Shown here: positions 48,424 through 60,639 of the stretch, one piece after another
Layout: each line of letters starts with the position of its first letter
Position numbering within the stretch: the first letter of the stretch is position 1
NCBI GenBank assembly: GCA_036524775.1
Contig: DATDBO010000040.1
Location: 2,085-66,084 of the forward strand
Reading direction: 5' to 3'
Origin: Solirubrobacterales bacterium
Lineage (GTDB): Bacteria > Actinomycetota > Thermoleophilia > Solirubrobacterales > 70-9
Length of the DNA stretch: 64,000 nucleotides
Notes under the pieces: generated by a model
Database searches by the model: none
What the model was told of the DNA's origin: nothing
What the model saw: the letters and a program-made list of their open reading frames with translations, nothing else
Program-made: the position numbers and the translations under genes

Positions 48424-49900
48424 GATGCCCTGTGTCAACCCCCCGCCGTTTGCAGCCCGCTCAAGTTCCCGTGCAAGGACGGGTCGTAGGGCACTTCGTC
48501 CTGCCAGCAGCGCCACAAGACCCTGATCCAGGCGCGTCCAAGGGTGCGGGTCGCGTGTGGGTGGTCCTGGCCTCTGGCCCGGGCTCGCCCGTAGACGTCT
48601 TCTGCCCAGGGATGCCAGTGGCGGGTGGAGTCGGCCAAGACCGTGACGGCTTTTCTCAGGCGCTTGTCGCAGGCACGCCTGAAGGTCGCGACGCGCATCT
48701 TCCCCGACTCGAGCGCCACCGGGCTCATCCCCGCGTCGGCCGCGAGCGCCGCCTCGGTCGGATAGCGGCTCCGGCAATCACCGATCTCGGCGATCAGGGT
48801 CGCCGGGCAGGTAGCCGTCCTGGAGCTGCGAAACAGCGGCGCGAAGACGGCGGCGTCGGGGTGAGCCCTCAAGGCAGCTCTGATCTTCGCGTCGAGCTCG
48901 CCTGTCTCGGCGAGGAGAGACTCGAGACCGGCCACCAGCCCGAGAATCACGGCCCGGCGGGCCTCGCACTCGGCGAGCCCCGCTGTTCCCGCCGGCGCCG
49001 CCTGCATCCGCTCCACCAGTACGGCGGGGCTGGTGTGGCCCGAGTAGCCGTGGCGCTCGAGAAAGCCCGCCATCCGCTTGGTCCCCAGCCCTCGGACATC
49101 GGCCGGGGTCGGGTAACGGGCGATGAAGGACAGGGAGATCGCGTTGTCGACCCGGCCGAAGATCAGCGCTCCGGGCCAAAACGCTTCAAGCTGGGCGCGC
49201 AGCTGGTTGGCGAGCGCGACTCGTGCCTCGACGAGGTCCTCGCGCGCCCGTGTGAGAACCCGCAAGGCCTTTGTCTCGTCGCCGTCGGGGGTGAGCGCGC
49301 GAAAGCGGTGGGCGTCGGTGCGGGCGAGCTCGGCGAGGACGAAAGCGTCGAAGCGGTCGGACTTGCCGTGGGCGACCGCGTAGCGTGGACGGGCGGCTTT
49401 CATCTGGTTGGGGTGGATCGCCAAAACCTCCACGCCGGCGTCCAGCAGTCGCTCGACCAAGATGCCGTCGGGTCGCTCGATCGCCACCCGGTCTACTTCA
49501 TGCTTGGCGAGCGCGCGAACCAGCTCGCCAAGTCCCCGCTCGTCATGGGTCACCGAGAAGCGTGTCACCACTTGCCCCTCCTCGCTGACACAGATCTCGT
49601 GTGCCTCGCTCGCCCAGTCGATTCCCGCCGTCCTCGTTCCTGCCATGCTTCCTCCTCGGTCGAATCCATTCGGCTGAATGCCGGCCGCGAGGTGCCTCTG
49701 CGCTTCCTCATTGGGTGGCGGTCATCCTCGCCACGCCCTGTTGGCGCTTCGGGCGCCTCGCACCGCCGGGAGGCGCTGATCTCACGCGGGCCGTCTAAGC
49801 GGCTAGGGAACATGGCGCTCTCCCGGCGGGGGTCGGCTCTCTGTGCTTCCCGGGATTCTGCGGCGGCCTCGCTTCGCTCGGCCTCTCCATCTAAATCTCA
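48424..49900 (-). mobile_element. IS110-family insertion sequence (ends not defined; left limit approximate)
   Basis: Transposase gene sits 12 nt from the otsA stop. A non-coding structured region lies upstream of it. Confidence 0.5.
48435..49646 (-). CDS. IS110-family (DEDD) transposase/recombinase
   Basis: N-terminal GIDWASEAHEICV RuvC-like start and a C-terminal IS116/IS110/IS902-type domain. Confidence 0.9.
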   Translation of the reverse strand: MAGTRTAGIDWASEAHEICVSEEGQVVTRFSVTHDERGLGELVRALAKHEVDRVAIERPDGILVERLLDAGVEVLAIHPNQMKAARPRYAVAHGKSDRFDAFVLAELARTDAHRFRALTPDGDETKALRVLTRAREDLVEARVALANQLRAQLEAFWPGALIFGRVDNAISLSFIARYPTPADVRGLGTKRMAGFLERHGYSGHTSPAVLVERMQAAPAGTAGLAECEARRAVILGLVAGLESLLAETGELDAKIRAALRAHPDAAVFAPLFRSSRTATCPATLIAEIGDCRSRYPTEAALAADAGMSPVALESGKMRVATFRRACDKRLRKAVTVLADSTRHWHPWAEDVYGRARARGQDHPHATRTLGRAWIRVLWRCWQDEVPYDPSLHGNLSGLQTAGG

Positions 49901-50396
49901 GGAACGGGGAGAGGATCTCCAATGAGGGGGAGAACGCGTCGCTCTCATTACTTAGAGCTGTATGGGATTGCGCGTTCGCTGGCAGCTTGTCGCGAAAGGA
50001 GCTGGCGTTGCCCTCGCTGCGCTCCTTGCGCTGCAGCTTGTTCCGGAGCTGCTGGAGCCACCGCCACCAGCGCCGCTGCCGGCTGATGTAGGACTGCCGC
50101 GGGTTGAGGCGCGTCTCGGGCGGGAGGCGGGGAGTGGGGGTACCCGGGAGGGGCGGCGTCCCGTTTTTCGCCCCGACCGCCACCTCGGACGGCCGAAAAC
50201 TCCAAGGCGAAAAACCCAGCCCCGGACGGGTACCCCCACTCCCCGACAGGACCCGCCCGCTGTGGCCACGGTCCCTACGGTCCTTCCACCACCGGAACCT
50301 CCGCCTCCGGCACCTGAACCCGCACCCGCTCCGCCGGCCCCACCCGACGACGGCTCGATGGAGTTTGCGCCTCGCTAGCTATAGTCCGACGCCGTT

Positions 50397-51029
50397 TTGG
50401 CCGCACCACGCGAATACGAGCTGGTTCTGATGCTGGATCCGGGGCAGGACGCCCCGGCGCGCGACGCTGTGGCCGGCGAGGCGAAGAAGCAGATCGAGGC
50501 CAAGGGGACGCTGAAGCACGAGAACGTCTGGGGCCTGCGCAAGCTGGCCTACGAGATCCAGCAGCGCAACGAGGCCGACTATCGCTGGTTCCGCTTCGAG
50601 GCGCCCACCGAGCTGCTCGACGAGCTCAACCACAACCTCAAGATCGCCGACGGGGTGCTGCGCTTCCGCATCTTCAAAGTCGACGCCGAGACGCCGGTGA
50701 TGGCTCCGCCGGCCACCGCCGCTCCCGGCCCTTCCGCTTCGCGCGAGCGCCCGTCAGGAGCTCCGCCGGCGGCTGCCGACGAGGGTGAGGCCGCCCCCGA
50801 GTCGCCTGCCGCGGCCGCCGAGCCGGACGCGGAGGCCGCCGTCGAGGCGCCGACCGCAGCCGCTCCCGTCGCTGTCGCCGAGCCTCCCGCCGAGGGCGAG
50901 GGCGACGCGGAGGCACCCGAGCCTGAGGCCGAGACGGCCGCTGAGGCGCCCGAGCCGGCAGCGGAGCCGGCCGAGCCCGAGGCCGCCGAGGCGCCCGCCG
51001 AGGACGAGTCCGGCGACTCCCCCGCCTAG
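50397..51029 (+). CDS. rpsF: 30S ribosomal protein S6 with a long Ala/Glu/Pro-rich C-terminal extension
   Basis: YELVLMLDP...WGLRKLAYEI core of about 95 aa, then an acidic tail of about 110 aa. Confidence 0.9.
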   Translation: MAAPREYELVLMLDPGQDAPARDAVAGEAKKQIEAKGTLKHENVWGLRKLAYEIQQRNEADYRWFRFEAPTELLDELNHNLKIADGVLRFRIFKVDAETPVMAPPATAAPGPSASRERPSGAPPAAADEGEAAPESPAAAAEPDAEAAVEAPTAAAPVAVAEPPAEGEGDAEAPEPEAETAAEAPEPAAEPAEPEAAEAPAEDESGDSPA

Positions 51030-51136
51030 ACGGCTTCTCGCCTTATTTCGCCTTATTTCCGGCTTCCGGGGGGAGAGTCGCGCCGCCTGCGCTCTTAGAC
51101 TGAAGTCTCGACAAACGATCTTGAGGAGTGAGAGCC

Positions 51137-51610
51137 GTGGCGGCTTCGAACATCAACGTGGTGGTCATCACCGGGAACCTGACCCAGGACCCCGAGCTGC
51201 GCCATCTGGGCAGCGGGACGGCGGTCTGCGAGCTGCGCGTGGCGGTCAACAGCCGCCGCAAGGACGGCGCCACCGGCGAGTGGGTCGACAAGCCCAACTA
51301 CTTCAACGTCACCGTCTGGGGCGCGCAGGGCGAGAACTGCGCCAACTACCTCTCCAAGGGTCGCCCCGTGGCGATCGAAGGCCGGCTCGACTGGCGCGAG
51401 TGGGAGGCCAAAGACGGCAGCGGCAAACGGCAGGCCGTGCAGATCGTCGCCAACTCCGTGCAGTTCCTCGGCTCGCGTGACGGGGGGGGAGGCGGCGGCA
51501 ACGGCAACGGCTTCTCGCCGCAGAGCGACACCCCGGCCGACACCTCCGACTACGACCCCGCTCCGGCAGGCGCCGGAGGTGGCGGCGGAGACGACGACAT
51601 CCCCTTCTAA
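51137..51610 (+). CDS. ssb: single-stranded DNA-binding protein
   Basis: OB-fold NINVVVITGNLTQDPELR, Gly-rich linker, acidic tip DDDIPF. GTG 51137 lies 8 nt after GAGGAG. Confidence 0.9.
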   Translation: MAASNINVVVITGNLTQDPELRHLGSGTAVCELRVAVNSRRKDGATGEWVDKPNYFNVTVWGAQGENCANYLSKGRPVAIEGRLDWREWEAKDGSGKRQAVQIVANSVQFLGSRDGGGGGGNGNGFSPQSDTPADTSDYDPAPAGAGGGGGDDDIPF

Positions 51611-51638
51611 CCTCGGGCTGTAGCATCTCGGGCCGCTA

Positions 51639-51902
51639 ATGGCTCGAGACCGAGACAACGGAGCTTCCCCGCGGCGCGGCCGGCGCGGCGCGGAGCGCAT
51701 GCGGCCGCGCAAATACACGCGGATCAACTCCGAGGCGGTCGACTACAAGGACCTCAACCTGCTGCGCCGCTTCCTCTCCGACAAGGGGAAGACGCGCGGG
51801 CGACGGGTCACCGGCCTCTCGCGCAAGCACCAGCGGCAGCTCTCGGTGGCGGTGAAACGGGCACGCGAGATCGCCTTGCTGCCCTACGTCGGAGAGCGCT
51901 GA
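51639..51902 (+). CDS. rpsR: 30S ribosomal protein S18
   Basis: [17 protein letters not shown]...RVTGL...HQRQL...[11 protein letters not shown]. Confidence 0.9.
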   Translation: MARDRDNGASPRRGRRGAERMRPRKYTRINSEAVDYKDLNLLRRFLSDKGKTRGRRVTGLSRKHQRQLSVAVKRAREIALLPYVGER

Positions 51903-52354
51903 TGACGCAGGCCATCCTGCTCGAGGACGTCGACAGCCTCGGCCGGCGCGGCGAACCTGTCGACGTCGCCCCGGGCTACCTGCGCAACTACCTGATCCCG
52001 CGCAAGCTCGCCGCCCCGGCGACCGCGGGCGCGCTCGAGCAGGCGCAGCAGCGCCAGGCGTCGGCCGAAAAGGCCGAGCAGGCGCGGGCGGAGCGCGAAG
52101 AGCAGGCGGCCTCGCTGCTCTCCAAGACCGTGCTCACCATCCAGCAGCGCGCGGACGACGGCGGCAAACTGTTCGGCTCGGTCGGCGCCAAGGAGATCGT
52201 CGACGCGATCCGAGAGGCACGCGACCTGCGCATCGACAAACGCAAAGTGCGCCTTGAGCAGCCGATCCGCGAGGTCGGCACCCACATGGTCGAGATCGAG
52301 TTGGCCGACGGAACCGTCGCCACGGTCAAGACGATCGTCGCCGAGGAGAGCTGA
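51902..52354 (+). CDS. rplI: 50S ribosomal protein L9
   Basis: ILLEDVDSLGRRGEPVDVAPGYLRNYLIPRKLA. Confidence 0.9.
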   Translation: MTQAILLEDVDSLGRRGEPVDVAPGYLRNYLIPRKLAAPATAGALEQAQQRQASAEKAEQARAEREEQAASLLSKTVLTIQQRADDGGKLFGSVGAKEIVDAIREARDLRIDKRKVRLEQPIREVGTHMVEIELADGTVATVKTIVAEES

Positions 52355-52385
52355 AGCCCGGAAAGCGCGGCGTTAGGCTGCGGCC

Positions 52386-53084
52386 GTGGCTTCGCGCCGT
52401 CTCCAAACCCGCCTGACCCGCCGCGCCAAGGCGCGCACGCGGCTCGGCTGGGCCCGCTCGGAGCGGGCGACGGTCGGCCTCGCAGCGGTCGCCCTGGGAG
52501 GGGTCGGAGCGGTGCTGGCCGGCCAGTACGGCCGCCTGCTGCAGCGTCGCGCGCACGAGCAGCACGACGGCGAGCCGCTGCTCGTCGAAGCGGCGCCCGT
52601 GGCGGCGCTCGACACGGTCGGCGTCGCCGTCAGCGGCTACGAAGCGACGCCGCGCAGCGAGACCGTGCTGTTCAACCTGCTGGCGGGCTTCCTCGGCGCC
52701 TTCACGCTGGTGCGGATCTCGACCTGGGGGATCCGCGACCGCTGGTGGCCGTTCGAAAACGTCAGCGTCGGCGGTCGCCACATCCACCACTTCGTGCCCG
52801 GAATCCTGCTCTCCTTCGCCTCCGGCACGGCGGCGCTGCTGACCGACAACGACGCTCTGGAGGACCGCCTGGCGATCCCGATGGGCGCCGGCATGGGGCT
52901 GACCTTCGACGAGGCGGCGCTGCTGCTCGACCTGCGCGACGTCTACTGGACCCGCGAGGGCCTGCTCAGCATCCAGCTCAGCCTCGGCGCGACAGCGATC
53001 CTCAGCATCGCCATCCTCACCCAGCGCATGCTGCGCCGCGGAGAGCGCCGCCAGGAGGAGGCCGGCGAGATCCCAGCAGCCTAA
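52386..53084 (+). CDS. membrane protein, function unknown
   Basis: Several TM segments. Sits between rplI and dnaB. Confidence 0.5.
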   Translation: MASRRLQTRLTRRAKARTRLGWARSERATVGLAAVALGGVGAVLAGQYGRLLQRRAHEQHDGEPLLVEAAPVAALDTVGVAVSGYEATPRSETVLFNLLAGFLGAFTLVRISTWGIRDRWWPFENVSVGGRHIHHFVPGILLSFASGTAALLTDNDALEDRLAIPMGAGMGLTFDEAALLLDLRDVYWTREGLLSIQLSLGATAILSIAILTQRMLRRGERRQEEAGEIPAA

Positions 53085-53134
53085 ATAGCGGCTTCCTTTG
53101 CCCGCGCCGCCTGGCCGTGTGGTTATTTAGCTGG

Positions 53135-55815
53135 ATGGCTGCCGCAACCCACGTCCCGCCGCAGAACATCGAGGCCGAGGAATCGGTGCTGGGCTCGATG
53201 CTGGTCGCGGAGACGGCGCTGACCAGGGTGATCGACGAGGTCAAGCTCAACGGCGAGGACTTCTACCTGGAGAAGCACGCGGCGATCTTCCGCTGCGTCC
53301 ACGACCTCTACGCGGCCTCGAAGCCGGTCGACGAGCTCAGCGTCAGCGAGGCGCTGGTCCAGCGCAACGAGATCGACGCGGCGGGCGGCAAGCACTACGT
53401 CTCCGAGCTGGCGGCCAAGGTGCCCGCCGCCGGCAACGCCAAGCATTACGCCGAGATCGTCCAGCAGAACTCGCTGCTGCGGCGCCTGCTCGGCGCGGGC
53501 CAGGAGATCCAGGGCTGGGTGCACGAGCGCGACGGCGAACCGCGCGAGCTCTCCGAGCGGGCCGAGAAGCTGCTCTTCGACGTCGCCCACAAAGAGCAGG
53601 CGAGCGACTTCCGGATCCTCTCGGAGATCCTGCACGAGGAGGTCGACCGGCTGGAGAAGCTCTCCACCGGAGAGCTGGAGCTGACCGGGACCCCTTCGGG
53701 CTTCCGCGACATCGATGCGATCACCGGCGGCTTCCAGCCCGGCAACCTGATCATCGTCGCCGCCCGACCGGCGATGGGCAAGTGCTTAGGAAGATTTGAG
53801 CAAATTTACGATCCCAACTCTGGAGCAAGGCGGGCGGTGTGGGAACTGCACGAGAGCTTCAGGCGCGGAGAGGAGGTTTGGGTCGCGTCAATAGCTTCCG
53901 ATCTGAAGCTCAGACCGGCGAAAGTGGCTGCGGTTGCGGCCAACGGGCGAAGGCCCACCTATCGGTTGACAACCCGTCTCGGCCGTCAGGTTTCAGCAAC
54001 CGCAAACCATCCGGTGCTGACGAGCACTGGATGGACTGAGTTGGGGGACGTGAAGCCCGGAAACCGAATCGCGGTGCCCCGGCGGCTCCCAAGGACTTCT
54101 CCGGCGTCTGAGCTGCCCGATCAAGAGATCGTCCTACTCGGGGCCTTGATCGCCGACGGCGCGCTCGGCCAGGGCACGCCGCGCTTTTGCTTCGGAGCAG
54201 ACTCGAAGATCCTTCCAGTCGTCGAGGAAGCGGTCCATGCCTATGGCTTGCGGATGCATAAAACCAAGCATGGCGATGGATCGATCAGCGGCGGCCACGG
54301 CTCGGGACCAAATCCCGTGACCGCGATGCTCCACCGCCATGGCCTGATGGGCTTGCGCTCGGCAGAGAAGTTCGTCCCGGACGCAATCTTCGGGCTCGAC
54401 GACAAGCAGATCGCGCGTTTCCTCGGCGTAATGTACGCATGCGACGGGCATGTCTATTGCAGCGATCAACTGGCGCAGGTCGGCTATTCGACGATCAGTG
54501 AGCGGCTTGCGCACGACGTGCAGCATCTGCTGTTGCGGCTGGGCATCGTCGCGACGATCCGAACCCTGAAGCGGCCGGTGTACGACGGCACGGGCAAAGC
54601 TGCCAGAGAGGTCCGGATCACCTCTCAGGCAGGACTGCGGAGATTCTGCGAGCTGATTCCGGTTCCAGGCAAGGAAGACCGGCAGGCGCACGTGTTGGAG
54701 CGCCTCGACGCTGCGCCCTCCATGACCAATACCGACACGATCCCGCCCGAGATCTGGGAGGACGTACTCCTTGCCAAGGGTGAGCGACGCTGGGCCGACG
54801 TGAGTGAGCAGACCGGTCGTCCACGAAATCACAACTGGCACGTCGGCAAGCGCAGCCCTTCCCGAAGCCTCCTCGTCGAGCTGGCGGAGGCGACGAGGTC
54901 ACCGGCTCTGGAGGAGCTGGCCGACTCGGACATCTGGTGGGACGAAGTCGCCTCGGTCGAGTACGTCGGCGAAGAAGAGACGTACGATCTCGACGTGCCT
55001 GGTCTGCGGAACTTCGTCGCTAACGACATCATCGTCCACAACAGCGCAATCGTGGCGAACATCGCGGAAAACGTGGCCCTGAAGAACAAAGTGCCGGTTG
55101 CCTTTTTCTCATTGGAGATGTCCGAGGTCGAGCTCGCGCAGCGCTTCATTGCCTGTCGAGCACGGATCTCGGGCGACAAGCTGCGCAAGGGCCAGGTCAC
55201 GCAGAAAGACTGGCCAAAGGTGGTGCGCGCCTGCAACGAGCTGGAGGAGGCGCCGTTGTGGTTCGATGACTCGTCCGACCTCGGCGTACTGGACTTGCGC
55301 GCCAAGGCGCGGCGACTCCACGCACAGACTCAGGACCAGGGCGGCCTCGGTCTGATCATCGTCGATTACATCCAGCTGATGCGGGCGGACGATCCCCGCG
55401 CCGGGCGTGTGGAGCAGGTTGGTCAGATGAGCCGCGGACTGAAGATCCTCGCTCGGGAGCTAGAGGTGCCAGTGCTGGCGATTTCCCAGCTCTCCCGCGC
55501 CCCCGAGCAGCGCCATCCCCCCAAGCCGATGCTCTCGGATCTGAGAGAAAGTGGAAATCTCGAGCAGGATAGTGACGTGGTCGCCTTCCTCTTCCGCGAG
55601 GACTACTACCGCGATCCCGAAGACGAGCCCGACGGGCTGGCGGACGTGATCATCGCCAAGCATAGGAACGGGCCGATCGGCTCGCCGAAGCTGGTCTTCC
55701 TCGACCGCTTCCCCAAATTCGCCGACTACAGCGGCCACGAACAGCCGGTCGAGCAGCCGGCGGGCGAAGGACCGCCGCTCGAGGACGCCGCCGCCTCGGC
55801 GGGGCCTGAGTTCTG

Positions 55816-55816
<1 letters not shown>
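53135..55816 (+). CDS. dnaB: replicative DNA helicase DnaB, interrupted by an intein
   Basis: N-terminal PPQNIEAEESVLGSML. Walker A ARPAMGK|...|S split by the insert. C-terminal SQLSR, SDLRESG. The track ORF from 52745 is an extension. Confidence 0.9.
53783..55042 (+). mobile_element. 420-aa intein with LAGLIDADG homing-endonuclease domain in the DnaB P-loop
   Basis: Starts Cys (CLGRFE), block B TANHPVL, LAGLIDADG-type LLGALIADGAL and FLGVMYACDGHV, ends VHN followed by Ser. Visibly lower GC than the exteins. Confidence 0.85.
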
Positions 55817-57979
<2,163 letters not shown>

Positions 57980-57988
57980 AGTCAAGAT

Positions 57989-58678
57989 GTGGCATCCGGT
58001 AGACGCACCGCTAAGCTGAACGAGCGGCTGCCCCGGGGCCGTCACGGGTTGCCGCGGGAGGCGGTGACGGAGTCCCAGCAGCGACGCATAGTGCAGGCGA
58101 TGATCGAGGTGGTCGCCGAGCGCGGCTACCCGGAGACGCGCGTCGTCGACGTGATCGGCGTCGCCGGAGTGTCGAGAAAGACGTTTTACGAGTTGTTCGC
58201 GAGCAAGGAGGATTGCTTCCTCGCCGCCTACGACGTCCTGCTCGGCAACCTGCTCGGCGACACCGCGCGGGGCTTCGAGTCGAAGCCGGGCGCGCCGTGG
58301 GCCGACCGGGTGGCCGCCGGCCTGGCGGAGCTGCTCAAACACCTCGCCGAGCACCCCGACGAGGGGCGCTTCGCGATCGTCGAGGTGCTCGCCGCGGGGC
58401 CGAAGGCGCTGGCCCGGCGCGACGCCGCGCTGCGCCAGTTCACCGGCTTCCTCGATGCCGGCCGCGCGGAGACCTCGGTCGAGCTGCCCGGGATCACCTC
58501 GCTCTCGCTTGCCGGGGGCATCAACGAGCTGCTCTACAGCGAGATCCTCCATGGCGCCTCGTCGCGCCTGCCCAGCCGCCTTCCCGACCTGATGTTCTGG
58601 ATCACGTTGCCCTTCCTCGGTCCCGAGGGCGCCGCCGAGCAGCGCGAGCGAGTGCGGCTTTCGATGCTGGAGGCCTGA
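57989..58678 (+). CDS. TetR-family transcriptional regulator
   Basis: HTH TRVVDVIGVAGVSRKTFYELFASKEDCF. Confidence 0.8.
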   Translation: MASGRRTAKLNERLPRGRHGLPREAVTESQQRRIVQAMIEVVAERGYPETRVVDVIGVAGVSRKTFYELFASKEDCFLAAYDVLLGNLLGDTARGFESKPGAPWADRVAAGLAELLKHLAEHPDEGRFAIVEVLAAGPKALARRDAALRQFTGFLDAGRAETSVELPGITSLSLAGGINELLYSEILHGASSRLPSRLPDLMFWITLPFLGPEGAAEQRERVRLSMLEA

Positions 58679-58824
58679 GCCGCTACGTTAAGCCGCTCTT
58701 TTACCGCCAGGCCGGGGTTTAAGAAATGGCCGGGACTGGTAGTTTGCCTCCGGAGGTACCCGATTTTTGGTTTCAAGCGGCCGCCGCTCGAACGGGCAGG
58801 GCCCCAAAAGGAGAGAGATAAGAC

Positions 58825-59619
58825 ATGCGTAGAAAGTTGATGCTGACGCTCGCTCTGGCAGCCGCGCTGTCCGTCGGCGTAGTGGCCGTCGCGAACGCGG
58901 TCCAGATCACGCTGCGGGCAGGGAACGTCGTCACCACCTTCGGCGGCGACGCCTCGCCGAAAGCGCTGCCGAAGAACAAATACGCCCCCGTCAAAACCCA
59001 CATCTTCGGCAAAATCGCCACCGCCAACGGCAACCATCCGCCGGCGCTGCGCGAAGTCGAAGTCGACTTCGACAAGGACGTGAAAATCAACGTCAAGGGG
59101 CTGGCGGCCTGTAAAGCGGGGCAGCTCACGGCGCGCAACACGGCCGCCGCGATGAAAGTCTGCGGCAAATCGAAAATCGGCTCGGGTATATCGCATGTCG
59201 AGATCGCCTTCCCCGAACAGAAACCGATCAAGGTGACCAGTCCGCTGACCGTGTTCAGCGGCGGCGAAAAAGGCGGCAAGGTGAAGCTGCTGATCCACAT
59301 CTTCATCACCGTGCCGGTGCCGGCGGCCGTCGTCACCGACGTGACGATCTCGAAGAAGGGCAGTGGGCTCCACACCGTCGCGAAAATCCCGGTTGTCGCC
59401 GGCGGCAGCGGCTCGGCGCTCGACTTCGATTTCACGGTCGGCAAAACCTTCTCCTACAAAGGCAAGAAGGTCGGCTATGGCGAAGCCAAATGCCCGGACG
59501 GGGTCTTCAAAGTCAACGTGAAGAAGGTCCTCTTCAAAAACGAAGCGCAGACGCCGGGAGAAGGCGCGTCGACCCAGCTGAAAGGGTCGCTCGCTGTTCC
59601 CTGCACGCCCAAAGGTTAG
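58825..59619 (+). CDS. secreted 264-aa protein, tandem paralogue A
   Basis: Signal peptide ...VAVANA, RBS AAAGGAGAGAG, four conserved Cys. Collinear with 59784..60578. Confidence 0.75.
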   Translation: MRRKLMLTLALAAALSVGVVAVANAVQITLRAGNVVTTFGGDASPKALPKNKYAPVKTHIFGKIATANGNHPPALREVEVDFDKDVKINVKGLAACKAGQLTARNTAAAMKVCGKSKIGSGISHVEIAFPEQKPIKVTSPLTVFSGGEKGGKVKLLIHIFITVPVPAAVVTDVTISKKGSGLHTVAKIPVVAGGSGSALDFDFTVGKTFSYKGKKVGYGEAKCPDGVFKVNVKKVLFKNEAQTPGEGASTQLKGSLAVPCTPKG

Positions 59620-59652
59620 GGCGAAGCACCAAGCCCTCCGGGGCTAACGACA

Positions 59653-59680
59653 AAAGGGCGGCCGAAAGGCCGCCCTTTTT
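59653..59680 (+). terminator. rho-independent terminator
   Basis: AAAGGGCGGCC GAAA GGCCGCCCTTT followed by TT. Confidence 0.75.
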
Positions 59681-59783
59681 CGTGCCTTAACGATGGGGCG
59701 ATTCCACATTGGTACGTTGGGGGTTACTCAGCAAATGACGCGCTCGGGGTTGCGTCAATCCGCCCCGGGGCAAGGGGGAGACA

Positions 59784-60578
59784 ATGGGGAGAAAGTGGAT
59801 GTTGGCGCTCGCCGTCACGGCAGCGCTGTCGCTCGGTGTCGGCGTGATCGCAAGCGCGGTGGCCTTCACCGCCAAGGTCGGGAACCTGATCGTTACCTTC
59901 GAGGCCGACGGTGTGCCGAGGAAGTTACCGCGCAACGATTACACCCCGGCGGCGACGACCATCTCCGGCAAGATCAAAGCCGACGACGGCACTCACCCGT
60001 CAGCCCTACGAGAAGTCATCGTGGCGATCGACAAGGACGTGAAGCTCAACGTCAAAGGCTTGCCGGTCTGCAAGGCAGGCGAGCTGGTGGCCCGCGATAC
60101 CAAAGGCGCTTTGAAAGTCTGCGGCGACACCGAACTGGGAAGCGGTATTGCTCATGCCGAGATCGCCTTCCCCGAACAGCCGCCGATCGTGGTCGCCAGC
60201 CCGTTGAAGATTTTCAACGGCGGCGAAAAAGGCGGCAAGATCAAGCTGCTGATCCACAGCTTCATCACGGTGCCCGTGCCTGCGGCGATCGTCACCGACG
60301 TGACGGTTACGAGGAAAGGCAGCGGGATCCACTCCGTCGGAAGAATTCCCGTGATCGCCGGCGGCAGCGGCTCGGCAATCGATTTCAGATTCAAAATCGG
60401 GAAAACCTACTCCTACAAAGGCAAGAAGGTCGGCTACGGAGAAGGCAAATGCCCGGACGGCGTCTTCAAGGTCAACGTTTCGAAGATGCTTTTCAAGAAC
60501 GAAACCCAGGTACCCGGGGTGCCGGCTACGACCCAGGTGAAGGGCAGCGTCGTCGTTCCCTGCACGCCGAAGGGTTAG
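59784..60578 (+). CDS. secreted 264-aa protein, tandem paralogue B
   Basis: Signal peptide ...VIASAVA, RBS AAGGGGGAG. Same length and Cys pattern as paralogue A. Confidence 0.75.
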   Translation: MGRKWMLALAVTAALSLGVGVIASAVAFTAKVGNLIVTFEADGVPRKLPRNDYTPAATTISGKIKADDGTHPSALREVIVAIDKDVKLNVKGLPVCKAGELVARDTKGALKVCGDTELGSGIAHAEIAFPEQPPIVVASPLKIFNGGEKGGKIKLLIHSFITVPVPAAIVTDVTVTRKGSGIHSVGRIPVIAGGSGSAIDFRFKIGKTYSYKGKKVGYGEGKCPDGVFKVNVSKMLFKNETQVPGVPATTQVKGSVVVPCTPKG

Positions 60579-60612
60579 CAGCGAACGAGTGTCTCATCTG
60601 AGACGTACCTCG

Positions 60613-60639
60613 GAAAGGGCGGCCGCCGGCCGCCCTTTC
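60613..60639. terminator. GC-rich hairpin shared by convergent genes
   Basis: GAAAGGGCGGC ... GCCGCCCTTTC. Followed by TATTT on the plus strand. Abuts the stop of the minus-strand mce gene. Confidence 0.6.

Noticed and set aside
44337-48777. 900-aa (44337..47039) and 679-aa (46738..48777) minus-strand ORFs.
   Set aside because: Antisense to the HtrA, TreT-like and OtsA genes. No motifs, low-complexity composition.
49962-50378. 138-aa Pro-rich ORF between the IS110 element and rpsF.
   Set aside because: Low-complexity Pro/Arg/Ala translation with several equally long overlapping ORFs on both strands. No RBS or motif. Cannot be supported as a gene.
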